A stretch of DNA of 64,000 nt from Octopus sinensis. Lineage: Eukaryota. Within the stretch, counting starts at the first letter, position 1. Each line of letters starts with the position of its first letter. The stretch is from assembly GCF_006345805.1 (NCBI RefSeq), contig NC_043017.1, positions 18,972,001-19,036,000 of the forward strand. Direction: 5' to 3'. The notes under the pieces were generated by a model. That model was not told the DNA's origin and searched no databases. It saw only the letters and a program-made list of their open reading frames with translations. Below, piece by piece: positions 1 to 14,725 of this stretch. A program made the position numbers and the translations under genes.

Positions 1-269
1 GTAGTTCTAGGGTATGCTCACAAATAAGGATTTGAGCATAGAACCTGGGTAGAAAAATAGGGTATGAGTGTTAGGGGTGGGGGAGCAGTGAGTAGGGTAT
101 TGAGCACAAGAAAGAGGATTGGAAAACAATCAGTTTATGAAGAGCAAATGTGAGGAAGAGAAAGATGCAGTTTAGAAGGGGAGTTTCCAGTTTCTTAGGG
201 TAGAATGGGTGAATGTGTGTGGGTAGGAGACAACTCTTGTAGCACTCAGTTTGATGTACAGGTCCTCTC

Positions 270-1130
270 TAGAACCTCATATCGCTAAACATCTCGTATT
301 GTCAATTTCTCTCTGAGCCCCAACATCCTAAGATCAGTCTTCACCACTTCATCCCTTTTTTTTTTCCTGGGTCTCCTTCTTCCAAAGGTCCTATCCACTT
401 TCAGTGACAGGCATTTCTGTATACAGCTGTCTTCACACATACATCACATGTCCAAACCAACACATTCTCCTCTCCTGCATACCACATTTAATCCCTAATC
501 TCTTATGCCTAACTTTTATCTCAACACAGCTGTGCATTGTTGGTGATGCACACTGATGTTGCAAATCCAACTGAGCATACTACCTACATTCCTCTCCAGT
601 CTATGCATGTTCTCTTCAGTTAGAACCCATGTCTCACTCCCATGTAACATAGCCGTTCTGACACGAGCATCATATCATCTACCAACCTACCTTTCACTCT
701 GAGAGAGAGTCCTTTTACTGCCAAGACAGGCAGTAGTTCTCTGAACTTCCTACATCGTATTCTTATTCTAGAAACAATACTTTCAGAGCATCCACCACCT
801 TTTTCTAATTTGGTCAACTAAATAGCAGAAACTATTTACTACCTCAAGAGAGCTTCCTGGGTGGGTAATGTCACTGCATATATGACAGAGTGTAAATGAT
901 TTGAGAGAAAAACTGGGCACACAAGACATCAGATGTAGTGTGTAAGAGAGAAGACTGCACTGGTATGACCATGTAATGCATATGAATGAAGACAGTTGCA
1001 TCAAGAGGTGCTATATCTAATTGTAGAGGAAACATGTGGAAGGGGTAGACCGAGGGAGACATGGAACAAAGTGGTGAGAAAGGATCTACAGACATTGGGA
1101 CTCACAGAAGGGGTGACAGGGGACCAAGAT
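270..1130 (-). mobile_element. Degenerate RTE-like LINE, 3' coding fragment
   Basis: Minus strand encodes GGGCSESIVSRIRIRCRKFRELLPVLAVKGLSLRVKGRL and EENMHRLERNVGSMLSWICNISV...ERRMCWFGHVM, typical of the C-terminal region of RTE-clade ORFs; stops and frameshifts present. Confidence 0.7.
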
Positions 1131-1249
1131 TCCTGGCAGTTTGTTGTGCTTGAAAAGACATGTCAAGCTAAGTAGAAGTGTGGTTGTCCTTGTATACAGT
1201 CCCACCCACTGCAACCCTCTCCAGCTAAGCTTTCCTAATCTGTAACATG

Positions 1250-1395
1250 GCTGGCGTTAGGAAGGGCATCCAGCCGTAGAAACCATGTCAAAACACACAG
1301 GGAGCCTGAACAGCCCTTCAATTAGTCAGCCCCTGCCAAACCGTCCCACCCATAACAGCTTGGAAAACGGATGTTAAATGATGAAGATGATGATA
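1250..1395 (+). repeat. Dispersed repeat with GGCGTTAGGAAGGGCATCCAGC core and (GAT)n tail
   Basis: Same core and TGATGATGA tail recur at about 6133-6448, 20585-20806, 32545-32657, 40051-40146 (inverted) and 51200-51412. Confidence 0.75.
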
Positions 1396-1589
1396 TAAAA
1401 CTATGCGTTAAAAATACATATAGCTTTTCCACAGTCACCGAACCTAATTTGCCTCATAGACCATTCAGGTACAATGCACATAAAGCACCTCCTGTTCAGC
1501 ACTGCCACCTCATTTTTTTTTTTTTTTGTGGAGCATTCGCCGCCCTTCTTACTGTTTACGTATGGATTCTCTCATCATTGGAGGAACAA

Positions 1590-2222
1590 AAATTGAGGAA
1601 TGTTTCAGAACTTTACAACTATATATGAACTTACTCGGGAAACCCACCCATCAGATAACAAACGCGTCCCTGAGGATTTTCTCAGGTGCTTTTGGGTATA
1701 ACACATTACAGCGGCGTACCTCAACTGCTACTTCTGAAATGCCTATACTATCACTACAATATTATCACACAACTGGGTGCCTGTGTTTACGAAATTGTGG
1801 TATGACACGGGCGTCAAAGTTTACTTTCACCTTTTTACAACACTAAACTGCATGCTAAATAGAAACACACACACACACAAACATAGATAGATAGATAGAC
1901 ACGCGCGCTCGCCCACGTCGATGATAACGTAATGGAAAAATGGTTTTTCGACATAGACAAGTCCTGTGTCTAACACACATGGACATGCCTACAAAGTCAG
2001 AAAACAACACAGCTCCCATGACTTTCGGAAACATTTCTTCACACTCAAGAGTTGCTGAAGCATGGAATAAACTGCCTGCGTCAGTTGTTGACTGCCATGA
2101 CACTGCATCCTTTAAGGCCCTCATGCTTTCCAAAATCCGTCGAAACTACACCTGATTATATATACACTTTCGATGAGTTGTAGTGCACCTGAGCACTGTA
2201 CACAATGTTTATTATTATTATT
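1590..2222 (+). mobile_element. CR1/L2-type LINE 3' end fragment
   Basis: THGHAYKVRKQHSSHDFRKHFFTL / RVAEAWNKLPASVV (one frameshift), then a short (TTA)n tail; interrupted near 1780-1960. Confidence 0.7.
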
Positions 2223-2250
2223 TTTAACTGGCAAAGAAGTTCGCCATGCG

Positions 2251-2275
2251 TGCGCATGTTCAACCGGATATTGAC
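2251..2275 (+). promoter_or_regulatory. Conserved ZNF-gene upstream motif, copy 1
   Basis: TGCGCATGTTCAACCGGATATTGAC, 1.4 kb upstream of the ZNF1 ATG; one copy precedes each of the five ZNF genes. Confidence 0.7.
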
Positions 2276-3659
2276 CGAAAACATCACTGTACAGATTGAC
2301 AGCTAAACAATATTTTTATTCCAATCTCAACCATGCAAAGAATATTTTTGTTAGCTGAAACATAAACTCATGGTAAAGTAATCCTATTTATTTACTGTAA
2401 TATTTACATATACCTACTATATTGTAATATTCGTGTTGTACTAATTCTGTATTCAGGTTAACACACATGCCCACTGTCGCCGATTTCCTCAAAAAATTTG
2501 CTATAATTCATACTTGGTATCTTTTGTTCATGTTGTCCTCTTGATTTCCTCTTTTTTTTTTCCATCTTTTATTGATATAATGTTTCATTTTGTTTGATGT
2601 CATCAAATTCGTTGCACCCCTTTAAACGTGAGTTTAGTCACATTTTACCGGAGACTATACGACGATCAGTGACCTCTCTGGAGTCAGACGAGTGTTAAAA
2701 TCCACTATTTTATAGTTCCGATATCTCTAAAGTGTTCGATATCGACCCCTGGGGATCCGTGGGACTATTCAGGGGGTCAATAAATGCATAACAGCGCATC
2801 AACTTTATTATTTATTTTCTTGTACATGCCTGGGGGGAGGGTCGATGAAGAGTCGAGGATTCCTTGAAGGGGTCGATGGCGTAAAAGGTTTAGGGACCCC
2901 TACTATAAGTTAACACGTGTAATGTTACACAATCTAAAGTTGTAGTCTGTAAATATGCTCATTTCAAACAGGGTTGTATGATATAATTTTAAATTAAGAA
3001 GTAAAATTTGAATTGTTCAGGTCAGATTTCACGTCTGTATTTGTTTAAAATACCGTTCGTTATCGTAAAATAGTGAAAGTAAGTTGTCCGTAAAAAATGA
3101 AAGTAAATTGCGATAGAAACCGGAAGTGACGACAGTGATATACCAACATTTTATAAGGTGACCCAGCTATGGTTCACCGAGCCTTATCTTGTTTCCAGTC
3201 ACTGACTACCCACCAGGACTCACATTTCTAACCCTTGAAGCAACTTCTACTGCCTCCATAACCAACTTAATTACCTTCTGCTCACTGTAGAAAAATTTTC
3301 AACTGTTGATTCTCTGCTTTTAAGTAATCCCTATCTTACACTCTTTCTCTATTATTTCAGAACACATTGGTATAAAAGAATTTACACACAAGATACATCA
3401 TCAAAATTTATCAATTAAAAACTAAATGAAGACATTACACATGACTTACAATCCTCTCTGTATAAATCCATTGTTGAATTCCTATTGAACCTTTCCTTTG
3501 AACTGAAATTGTTAAAGTTTCACAACTTTTGCTGTTTAGAATGTGACAAGGTAATTTGGCATCCTCAAGAATTTGACACATATTTGGAATTTGTGATATA
3601 GTGATGTATCGAGGAAGATCACAGTTGTTTGAAATATAACTTGAAGTTTGAATATAACT

Positions 3660-4775
3660 ATGGAAAATGACTTACAAAACAGCCAGGTTAAATGTAAAAC
3701 AGAATCGGAAACTATGGATTTTTGTGAGGAAATGCTGAAAGACAGGGGAAAAACATCATATCACTGTGATATGTGTGGTAAATCATTCTCTCAAAATGGT
3801 AACCTTATTGCTCACAAATGCTTTCATAGAGGAGAGAGACCATATAATTGTGATATTTGTAGTACGTCCTTCTTTGAAGAAAGTGTCTTAAGTAAACACA
3901 AACGTATTCATACTGGAGAGAAACCACATCACTGTGATATTTGTAGCAAATCATTCTATCGAAGTAGTGACTTGACTACTCACATACGTACCCATACAGG
4001 AGAGAAACCATACCAATGTGATATCTGTAGGAAATCATTCTCTCATAGAAATGCCTTAACTATCCACAAACGCATTCATACTGGAGAGAAACCATATCAC
4101 TGTGATATTTGTGGTAAATCTTTCTCTGGAAGTAGTGAATTAACTACCCACACGCGCATTCATACTGGAGAAAAGCCATACCATTGTGATATCTGTGGTA
4201 AGTCATTCACTGGAAGTAGTCACTTAACCAGTCACAAACGCATCCATACAGGAGAGAAGCCATATCACTGTGATATCTGTGGTAAATCGTTCTCTGCAAA
4301 TAGTCAATTAACTATACATAAACGCATTCATACAGGAGAAAAGCCATACCTCTGTGATATCTGTGGTAAAACATTTGTTGCAAGTGGGGAATTAACTGTC
4401 CACAGACACATTCATACAGGAGAGAAACCATATCACTGTGACATCTGTGGTAAATCATTATCTGACCCAGGTAACTTAGCAAAACACAAACGTATTCATA
4501 CAGGAGAGAAGCCATTTCCCTGTGATGTCTGTGATAAATTTTTCTCTGAAAGAAGTCACTTAACTAAACACAAACGTATTCATACTGGTGAGAAGCCATA
4601 TCACTGTGATATCTGTGGTAAAACTTTTTCTAAAAGTAGTAATGCAACTAGACACAAACGCATTCATACAGGTGAGAAACCATACCACTGTGACATCTGT
4701 AATAAATCATTCTCCCACACAGGTAGCTTAGCTAGGCACAAGTGTATTCATACAGAAGAAAAACTATGTTGTTGA
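3660..4775 (+). CDS. C2H2 zinc-finger protein ZNF1 (12 fingers, about 371 aa)
   Basis: Twelve CxxC-x12-HxxxH repeats with TGEKPY linkers. ATG at 3660 in the AATAACTATGG context shared with paralogs; predicted acceptor TTTCAG ends at 3360, predicted donor GT at 2517. Confidence 0.93.
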   Translation: MENDLQNSQVKCKTESETMDFCEEMLKDRGKTSYHCDMCGKSFSQNGNLIAHKCFHRGERPYNCDICSTSFFEESVLSKHKRIHTGEKPHHCDICSKSFYRSSDLTTHIRTHTGEKPYQCDICRKSFSHRNALTIHKRIHTGEKPYHCDICGKSFSGSSELTTHTRIHTGEKPYHCDICGKSFTGSSHLTSHKRIHTGEKPYHCDICGKSFSANSQLTIHKRIHTGEKPYLCDICGKTFVASGELTVHRHIHTGEKPYHCDICGKSLSDPGNLAKHKRIHTGEKPFPCDVCDKFFSERSHLTKHKRIHTGEKPYHCDICGKTFSKSSNATRHKRIHTGEKPYHCDICNKSFSHTGSLARHKCIHTEEKLCC

Positions 4776-6132
4776 TATTAGTGATAAATATCACATAACT
4801 ACATATGTGCATATTTTTGCAAAAGAGTAAATGCTTTCAACTTCAGAAGTGACTCTGTGTTAATATATACACAGAAATATATTCACACAGAGAATCCATT
4901 TGACAAAGCCTTCAACATCTCAGATAACAATACTTCAATAAAAACCTCTTAACACTATGTTTTGTACAATCACAGCAAATATCTACATTGGTGACAGATC
5001 TTAACGCTAATATTGCTCATGAAAGTACTGTTTCAGCTTCTTCATATATATTCTATACAACATCTGTGCAAAAGAAATAATACATGATACAATATCATTG
5101 TATCTTGTATATAATTTCAATCTTATGCATTTTTATTCATGTATCTAGTAAATATTCTAGTTTAAATTTTAATTATCTGTGTATCCCAATAAAAGACTGG
5201 TTCTGTTGTCAGTAAAATTTATATTTTTGTCATATTTATTTAATGATTCAATGCTAATTTGCATGTATAAATATAAATACATGGTATTATATTTTGTGGG
5301 CCATCCATCAATGCACCCTTCTCCCAGTACACTGGCACAGTTTGGATTGGACAACCATAAATAATAGAGTTCACAAAAAAATGTATTTCTTAAGCTTTAC
5401 ATTAATTGTGTGCTTTGAAATTATAATTTGTTGACAGAAATTGGTATTAAATACTAGGTAAAGAGGTTATCAAACAGTGAATGAGAGATAAAAAAATAAA
5501 ATAACTTGATACATTAAATAATAACAATGATGGTTATAGTATGAACATGTGATATAGCCAGTTAGTTGATGGTAGCCAAGTGAGAGCCAGCAACAAGTAA
5601 AGAAACCTACAGACCAACTTACCTTTCCACCTAAAACCTTACCTGATTACTAAGGTTTAAATGATGGACTGAATTTTGATTACAAAGTTCTACACGCATT
5701 CTAAATAATAATACAACCTTAAATTTATTCAATAAAAATCTTTCAGAATATTTCCCCATCACAACCTACTTTACAACTTAATTATCATTCCACATAGCTT
5801 CACCTACCCCTGAAAATTTTAACTTAACAGAAACTATATAAAGCCAGTTCAATGATAGCTTAGCAGGCCAAAACTTCAAAGTCGCTGTCAATACTATTCT
5901 TGTTAAAGAATAATAAATATAAACTTTACAAAGAGTATTTAGTAATCCTTCAATTTAATATAAATATGGTTTTATAAAAACAAATGTGTGTGAGGATCAT
6001 TATAAAAACAAATGTGTGTGAGGATCATTATCATCAATATTAGGTAAAGTGGGTTGATGCCAACTTTTAAAAAGCCAGAACAAATTCATCACAGATTTGG
6101 CTCTTTTAAGCACCGTTACAGTATTAAATATC

Positions 6133-6448
6133 TGCTGGACACCGTGCCGGTGGCACTTACAAGACACCATTTGAGTGTGATCGTTACCAGCATTGGCTTA
6201 CTGGCACCTGTACCGGTGGCATGTGTAAAAGATTCGAGTGAGGTCGTTGCCAGTACCGCCCCCATGCCGGTGGCACGTAAAAGCACCCACTACACTCTCG
6301 GAGTGGTTGGCCTTAGGAAGAGCATCCAGCTGTAGAAACTCTGCCAGATCAAGATTGAAGCCTGGTGCAGCCATCTGGTTCGCCAGCCCTCAGTCATTCG
6401 TCCAACCCATGCTAGCATGGAAAGCGGACATTAAACGATGATGATGAT
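6133..6448 (+). repeat. Longer copy of the GGCGTTAGGAAGGGCATCC / (GAT)n-tailed repeat
   Basis: Internal GCCGGTGGCAC repeats, the AAGCACCCACTACACTC block and a GATGATGAT tail shared with other copies. Confidence 0.75.
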
Positions 6449-6949
6449 TTTATAGGTGAAACTGCCCAAGCATAACAGTTCATTTTAAAATGGCTATAAA
6501 TATAGAAACACAAGACAGAGAAAAGCATTAGCGGCCCAGGAAAAGACAAGTTTCTTTGTCACAGCTCTACACTGGCTTAAAATGAATCGTTTGCTACCAT
6601 GAACAAATAGCTGTTTAATTGTAAACCAAAACACAACAGATATTCCTGTCTCTCTGCAGGCAAACAGCGCCACAGTCTCCAGCAAGTAACCATTGTAAAT
6701 AGTGTAAAGTTTATGCATAAATAAATCGTTTCATTTACTTATGAGTGTTAGGTTGTTCGTTTCTTTGCCATATTTAAGTCGTTGTAGCTTGTTTTGACAT
6801 TTTGGAAGCTGGTTTGATGGCCTTTTTCTGTCAGGTTAGTTTGCTGGACACTAATTCAATGATAGGCATCAGGGTTACCGTATTAACTTGTAGTTCTACA
6901 TCAGACATCAGGGCCACCTGTGTAACCTATGTAGATAGGTTGTGGATTT

Positions 6950-7470
6950 TTATATTTGGTTAGGCTGAATTTCGCTGCACGCTGTTTCCCAATGAGAACC
7001 AATATCTGGTCTCCCCTTCAGAATCAAGAGACGAGGTCACACCCTTTGACACTATCTCTCTCACACAAACAACATACTGGACACATGCTGTTTGAACCAA
7101 TGCCCAATAAAAGAAAGGCAGCCAACAAACAACGGCCGGTTGTTTTCAATCTCGCGTGATATACAAAATGGTGTTCTTGCGGCGAAACATACATAGGATA
7201 AAAAGACAGTTTCATATTAAAGGAACACCTCCACATGACCTAGCGCTGTATTCCAACATTAGGGTGGAGGTTTCTCCACCCGTATTCTGGCTAAAGCGAC
7301 AGATGCAGTCAACCTCAGAATAAAGGAGGCATATTTCATTAAAAAGAGAGCCCTAGGCTTAGCTGCTTCCAGGGCCTTAACCATCGCTGGTAATAAACAC
7401 CTCATATAGCAAAATGAACGTCTGAAGGTCTTTGATCTGAAAACGCTCACGAATGTGAACTGAACGTAAC
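6950..7470 (+). mobile_element. Degenerate Penelope-like element, GIY-YIG endonuclease remnant
   Basis: Frameshifted VIYKM / CSCGETYIG / KEHLH near 7152-7235. Confidence 0.55.
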
Positions 7471-7966
7471 AACTAGGAACAAGGCTATCCACAAATTACA
7501 TGTCACTTGTAGGTCCTATCTATCTACCTACCTACCTACTCATCAATCTTTAAACTATAATTTCATGACTTTGAAGCTTTCAAAATTTTACGAAATTCTT
7601 CCAGAATTTGACATTTTATACAGTGTTTCGTCGATGGTCTTTTGAAGTTTGCGATGGTCTTTTAAAATTTCACACTTTTTTTTTTTTTTCAATATTTTTC
7701 AGCTTCTCTTGTCTTCTTAAGTACTTCTAACTTCTCTTAACTTCTCGATTTATTCAGTTACAATGTTTCATCCTCTCCTACGAACGGAGTTACCCTGATA
7801 TGCTTCCTTCTATACTATGTCGTTAAAAGACGATGATCATCTACAAAGACCTAACAGCATTGAACATATAGAGAACAAGTCAGGTTATAAATACATTGAA
7901 ATATGTACACATGCTTAATGCAGTGTCCGCACTTGCAATTTCCTTCGCTAAAATGACAATTCGGAT

Positions 7967-7991
7967 TGCGCATGTTCAACCGGATATTGAC
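7967..7991 (+). promoter_or_regulatory. Conserved ZNF-gene upstream motif, copy 2
   Basis: TGCGCATGTTCAACCGGATATTGAC, identical to copy 1; 2.25 kb upstream of the ZNF2 ATG. Confidence 0.7.
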
Positions 7992-8670
7992 TTTGCACCG
8001 CCCGTCTAGGGTGAGGAATGTCGTAAAATATCATTAACTAGTATCAAGTCTATCCAAAGAATTATTTTATTTATTTTCAAACATAAAATAATGGAAAAAT
8101 AGTCATATGTATCTGAAGTTATATGATATCTACATTGTACTGCTCTGTTCAGTAACACATATCGCCACCATTACTAACTTGCGAATACCTGACATTTATA
8201 CAAGGTATTTTTGTTTATAATTTTCCTCAATTTCTTTTTTACAGTTTGATCGTTATAAGTTTTCTTTTGTTTAATCTCTCATAAAATTTGTAACAACATC
8301 CCTGTAAGCAACCTAAACTGGATCACAGATCATCTGCTCAACCAAACCTAGCGGGGTTAAAGAAGAGCATAAAAGCAATTGTATCTTTTTTTTTTACCCT
8401 TTTTTTTCCTGCAAAAAGTTCGAGAAGCGTAAGATGAATTCTCTTTGTAAAGTAATAAAGTATAATATAGCTAAAAGAATAGGATAACTAGTTCTCCGGA
8501 GTAGGGGTATGCAATGTATACATATATCTACCTTAACGCTTACACTAGCAGTACCCATGGAAAATTCCACGTTATTCTGAAAATTTAAAGATAGTTCATA
8601 GACAACTACGAAATATATAATTTCTTTTGAAATTGTCTTTTGTTTGCTACATTTGATTCTTGAGATGGTA

Positions 8671-8841
8671 TTGGGTTGGTGCATAATTATTGCGGCTTTT
8701 TTTCAACAAAAACATCTTTAAATGATTATTCCGGAGCATATTCATCATCTACTTCAATTACTGTTTCCCATTTTGCTTGGCTGACGGTCAGACCGTCATT
8801 TAAAGATGTTTTTGTTAAATAAAATTTATGCACCAACCCAA
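8671..8841. mobile_element. Mariner-type MITE in the predicted ZNF2 intron
   Basis: TIRs TTGGGTTGGTGCATAA ... TTATGCACCAACCCAA flanked by TA on both sides. Confidence 0.85.
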
Positions 8842-9149
8842 TATAATTGTGCACCTAGGTAATATTGAATGTGTAGTCTCAGAAGACATCATATCTGAAG
8901 TCACATCTAGACTTGTTATCTGTTATTACTTTACGTCAAGAGAAAATGGTAAAGTGTAATAATATATGTACGTGTGTATTATATGTATTTATGAGATTGT
9001 GCAAGCAAGGCCGTGTTCAATTTCTGACATCGTTTCAGTTTCAGTCCCACTCTATGGTTCCTTGGATAGGTTTTTGCTACTGTAGCTCTAGGGCGATGGA
9101 AACCGATAGAAGCTTTGTGTGTGTGTGTGTATGTATGTATATATATATA

Positions 9150-9378
9150 TTTCTTTATTGGCCACAAGGGGCTAAACATAGAGGGGACAAACAAGGGCAG
9201 ACAAAGGGATTAAGTCGATTACATCGACCCCAGTGCCTAACTGGTACTTAATTTATCGACCCCGAAAGGATGAAAGGTAAAGTCGACCTCGACGGAATTC
9301 GAACTCTGAACGTAACGGCAGACGAAATATCGCTAAGCCTTTCGACCGTCGCGCTAACGTTTCTGCCAGCTCACCGCC
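9150..9378 (-). mobile_element. tRNA-derived SINE, family A
   Basis: Head GGCGGTGAGCTGGCAGAA, B-box-like GAGTTCGAATTCC, central GGGGTCGATAAATTAAGTACCAG, tail ending AATAAAGAAA next to (TA)n; other copies at 18068-18295 (+), 19541-19681 (-), 39718-39810 (+), 50075-50235 (-). Confidence 0.8.
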
Positions 9379-10188
9379 CTGTATGTATATATATATATGT
9401 ATATATATATATATGTGTGTGTGACTTCGTGATTCCCTTCACTTCTACAGTGCTCAATGGCCTCATCGTTCATACAAACGATGGTATTTACTTTCAGTCC
9501 ACTACCAACTTTTACCTGTTTCCCAGCGAGGTAATATTTCCCCATGGGCAGACATGCTCTTGTACAATATTGGCACACATTTACATCAGTTACAGGACAC
9601 AAAAAAATATACAATCTCGCACATGCGTAAACACATACTTATAAGCATGCAGAATGGGCTTCTTTCAGTTTCCATCAACCAAATCCATTCTCAAGGTTTA
9701 AATAGCCTGTGGCTACAGCAGAAGCACTTGCCTAAGGTACAATACATTGGGACTGAACCTGAAATACTGGAGTTAGCAGGCAAACATCTTAGCCACAAAG
9801 CCACACTTATACCTCAATTTATCATTTTATCAAAATAGAAATGTAGTAAAATTTCCAATGAATTGCTATTTCGGAGTATTCTATATAGCTAATATCATTT
9901 CTCTATTTCAGAATATTGGATGTCATTGGCTTAAGAAGATTTCTTATGCTTCAAGTGGATCTTTTAAAGACAAATGGAGGATGCTGTACAGAGCAGATAT
10001 GATTCTGTTTATATGAACCAGTGGAGGAACTAATGAGAAATATTTCCAGTTCTTCACTGCCTTGAATATGTGCAGGATTATTTCGTTTTTAAATTAAAAT
10101 TGCACAAATTTACAAAATACTTCGCTTTAGGAAATCACAGCAAATGAAGATGCTACAGTAGGAATATTTGTTGGCAATAAGCTAATAA

Positions 10189-11304
<1,116 letters not shown>

Positions 11305-12299
11305 ACCTATCAGCACAATCATTCTATGAAAAGTGTTACTCATAGATGTATTGACACACAGAGCAAATATATGAGTAACACCTCTTTAATCTATAATAAA
11401 CACTATATTTACATTGGTGTGATTTTACCATTGCAATATGTTAATAAATGCATTGTTTCATATATCCCATGAAACTCTCTCCAGAATGGAGAAGAAAAAG
11501 ACAAATTAATAAATACTGTTATAAATCAGAGACATCATAACAGTTGTTATATTATGATGAAATACACAAACCATAGAAAACATTTTATCATTCTATACTA
11601 GGATATAGTTATATCATTATACATTCATTCATGTACTTTATATATTCTAGTTTAAAGTTTATGTATGAAGAATCTTATCAAAGGAATGATTTCATTGTTG
11701 GTAAGATTTGAGTTATTTCATCAGTTCTTAACCATCATTAAGTTAAATGCTAATTGCATGTGTCAATGTAATTGATGTTGAACTGATTGTAAATGCACAG
11801 AGTCGAGTATAGTCTGTGATTAGATGTCTCCTGTCCTTTTATTCATTTCCCATGCTGCCCTGAGAACATGTCTATTGTATAAGATACCACTACATTTTCT
11901 CAGTTTGGAGGTCAGAATCTTTATCCTGACCTTAAAATTCTTTGTGACTTTCTTAATAAATTGTAGCTGAAATAAAACCTGTGTTCTCATATTTGTATTT
12001 TAGTTTCTATTTTTTTATTAATAAAGGAACATATTTGTTGATATGTTGTTATTGATGATAATCTAGAACAAATATGGCAATACAATAGATATATTTATTT
12101 TCAGAATGGTGATCCAGTATTGTTCCTCAGTAATTCAAAGGGATTCTAGCATCCACAGGCAAGATAAAATAATGAACTGTGTTTCTGTAATCTAACCAAA
12201 CTGTGATCGATTTATTCTTAAGCTGGTGCACCTTTCACATCACAAGTTTTGTCAGTCAAGAATTGTTTACCTCCTCCTCAAATTCCTACTCAGCTGCGT

Positions 12300-12960
12300 T
12301 GATATTATTTTGTTCACATTTATCCTGGAGCAATAGGTTCAAACAAGCTGTATGCATTTAATACAGAAGATTCTGGTATGCATTTGGCTGGTACATTTTC
12401 ACCATAACCAGTGGCATTGTTTTCTGATATCAGTGATGGGAAGAGACCTGGTGGTCTTACCCTCTGTCCCTGGGTAGATGCCTCATCTGGGACGCCACAG
12501 TCTGTGACTGTTTTGCCCCCACCCACATCCTGCATGTTGTGGTAAATGGGAGGATCGCTGATTTTGTAGCCAAATGGAACACAACCCTTATTTATCAGCA
12601 CCTGGCAGTGAACTATCTCTTCCAACCTGTGACGTTTGAAACTTTTGAAGGGACTGGGCCACTAACGGCGGAGTTCTTATCATCGTTGGCAGCTCGCCTC
12701 ACCAAGGCGTCAGGTGGTGCCTGTGACGGGGCTTGGTTTTCCCAACGCCTTAGTCTCGCCATTGCCCTTGGTAAAGCCGTGAGCATGCTGGCTTGCTTCA
12801 GTAGGTTCCGTTGAACCTTGTGGTGTGCAATCAATTAGAGCTGCATCGATATTTTTCTTTCGCTTTTTTTTTTTGCTTTATTCTTTGTCTTTTTTGTACT
12901 ATATATATATTATATACAGACATGTTATAAAATTTGTATTTAAAAAAAAAAGAGAAAAAA
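12300..12960 (+). mobile_element. CRE-like non-LTR retrotransposon 3' fragment (restriction-like endonuclease)
   Basis: KRPGGLTLCPW / GRCLIWDATVCDCFA then YQHLAVNYLFQPVTFET...QRLSLAIALG, resembling the RPD..W..D.T RLE region; A/T-rich tail. Confidence 0.6.
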
Positions 12961-13179
12961 ATTTGTAAATATTTCAGGCGAAAAGGGGTGTGATTCAAGG
13001 TATATAGTATGTGCTGTTGTTTCTAGCACATACCGCTACCATGAGGAAACAGTCGGCTGGGTGGGAGCGTACTCACGTATGTATTTTTTATACATTCGTC
13101 TATGCGAAAATATGCGTGTTTACGTTTAAAACGGCGCCTTTGCTGTACACAACTTACAGTTCGTGTGTAATCAAGTCAA

Positions 13180-13200
13180 GCGCATGCTCAACCGGATATG
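13180..13200 (+). promoter_or_regulatory. Conserved ZNF-gene upstream motif, copy 3
   Basis: GCGCATGCTCAACCGGATATG, 1.55 kb upstream of the ZNF3 ATG. Confidence 0.68.
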
Positions 13201-14725
13201 CAAGACACTGCCATGTAATTAAAAAAAAAATGTAAATTAAACCTTCATTCAAAACGCAAGGATTTGAAAACATTTCACATAACGTCAAACAAGGATTCCA
13301 TGGCAGAGTACCATATTACATTATAATATGACTATATATGCAAATCTTTGCCATTCATCAACACATCATGAGCTTCCTGATATTACGTGCGATTTAAACG
13401 AGGTATATGTATTGATATTTCTTCATTCAATCCTTTTCCTTTCAACTGATCTGCCGTAATAATATTCGTGACTTCCATGAAAACAACCTGGCTTTGATCA
13501 CACGTCTACACAATCAAAACAGAGCTACGGTTATGAATAACAATAGATGACTACAGAGAAGAAAGTGTTACAGCCTACTTTTCTCTAGTTCAACATATGT
13601 AATGAGAAATGTGAAAGTGTATTTGTAAGCATTTTCTCTCTCGCTCTGCCAATTTGTCCTTATTCGTACAATGATAGCAACAAGTTTTCATCAAGCAACA
13701 TCTTTCTCACAAAAACAATGCTAATTTCTATCCACTGCTTTACTTGTGTTGAGAGATCTTCATATCTGGGCATTCTTTTATATTACACACGCTCTGATGT
13801 TCAAGACCAACTTTCATTATCTTGACAGCTACCGTCACCGACACACACATATACAGTCGTGCACACCTGTACTTTTTTTTTACTATTGTTATACTTTGTT
13901 ATTTTTTAGATTAGATTTTTGTAATTTTTTGTCTTGTTTCTTGAACCTTTCATACATACACACATGATGGGTTTTCCATCGGTTTTGACGATGAACATTC
14001 AGTGGTTCAATCAAATAAATTACCTTCACAATAAAATTAACGTGTAAGTGGCCGAGTATTCCAAAAACACGTATACCCTTAATGTAATTCTCAAACAGAA
14101 TCAGCGTGACACATTGTATGACAAGGCTGTGCCTTTATACATATACGCACACAGCATCTGGAGTTCGTTCCTCTTTCATGTCAGCAATTTGTCAAGAGAA
14201 TGAAAGTCGTTCTTGAACATCAAAGCGTGTGGTATTATCAGAACAAAAAGTAAATACGTTGAAATCTTTTTACGGATTTTACCGAACACGCCATCAAAAC
14301 AGCTGGGAAGCAATGACAGATAAAATAATCTACTTTCAAGTATCTCCGATATTTAATACTGTTTCTGTTTTATTTCAGATATACCAAATGACACATGCAT
14401 AAAGAATACTGTTCATCATTGAAAACATTTTTTTTTTTAAACTTTACACAACAAAGTTTTTAGTCATTTACAGTAGAATTGGATTGAAATATTTCTGATC
14501 TGGCAGCCAAACCGACTAGATCCAATATTTTCTCTGTATAGAGAAAATCGGCAAACTTCATCTGCATTACTATCTCGAATAATGGACAAGTGAAATTCGC
14601 ATTCAAATTAAATATTTACAAACAAGTTTCCGGCATCATCGTATGTTGACAAACATCTCAGTTGATGTCTCATATTGCAAAAACAAAATAAGAATATACA
14701 AATAACAGTGCGGCAAAGAAAAAAT

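Noticed and set aside
5972-6027. Exact 28-bp tandem duplication
   Set aside because: Two adjacent units with no spacer; a local slippage event, not CRISPR-like.
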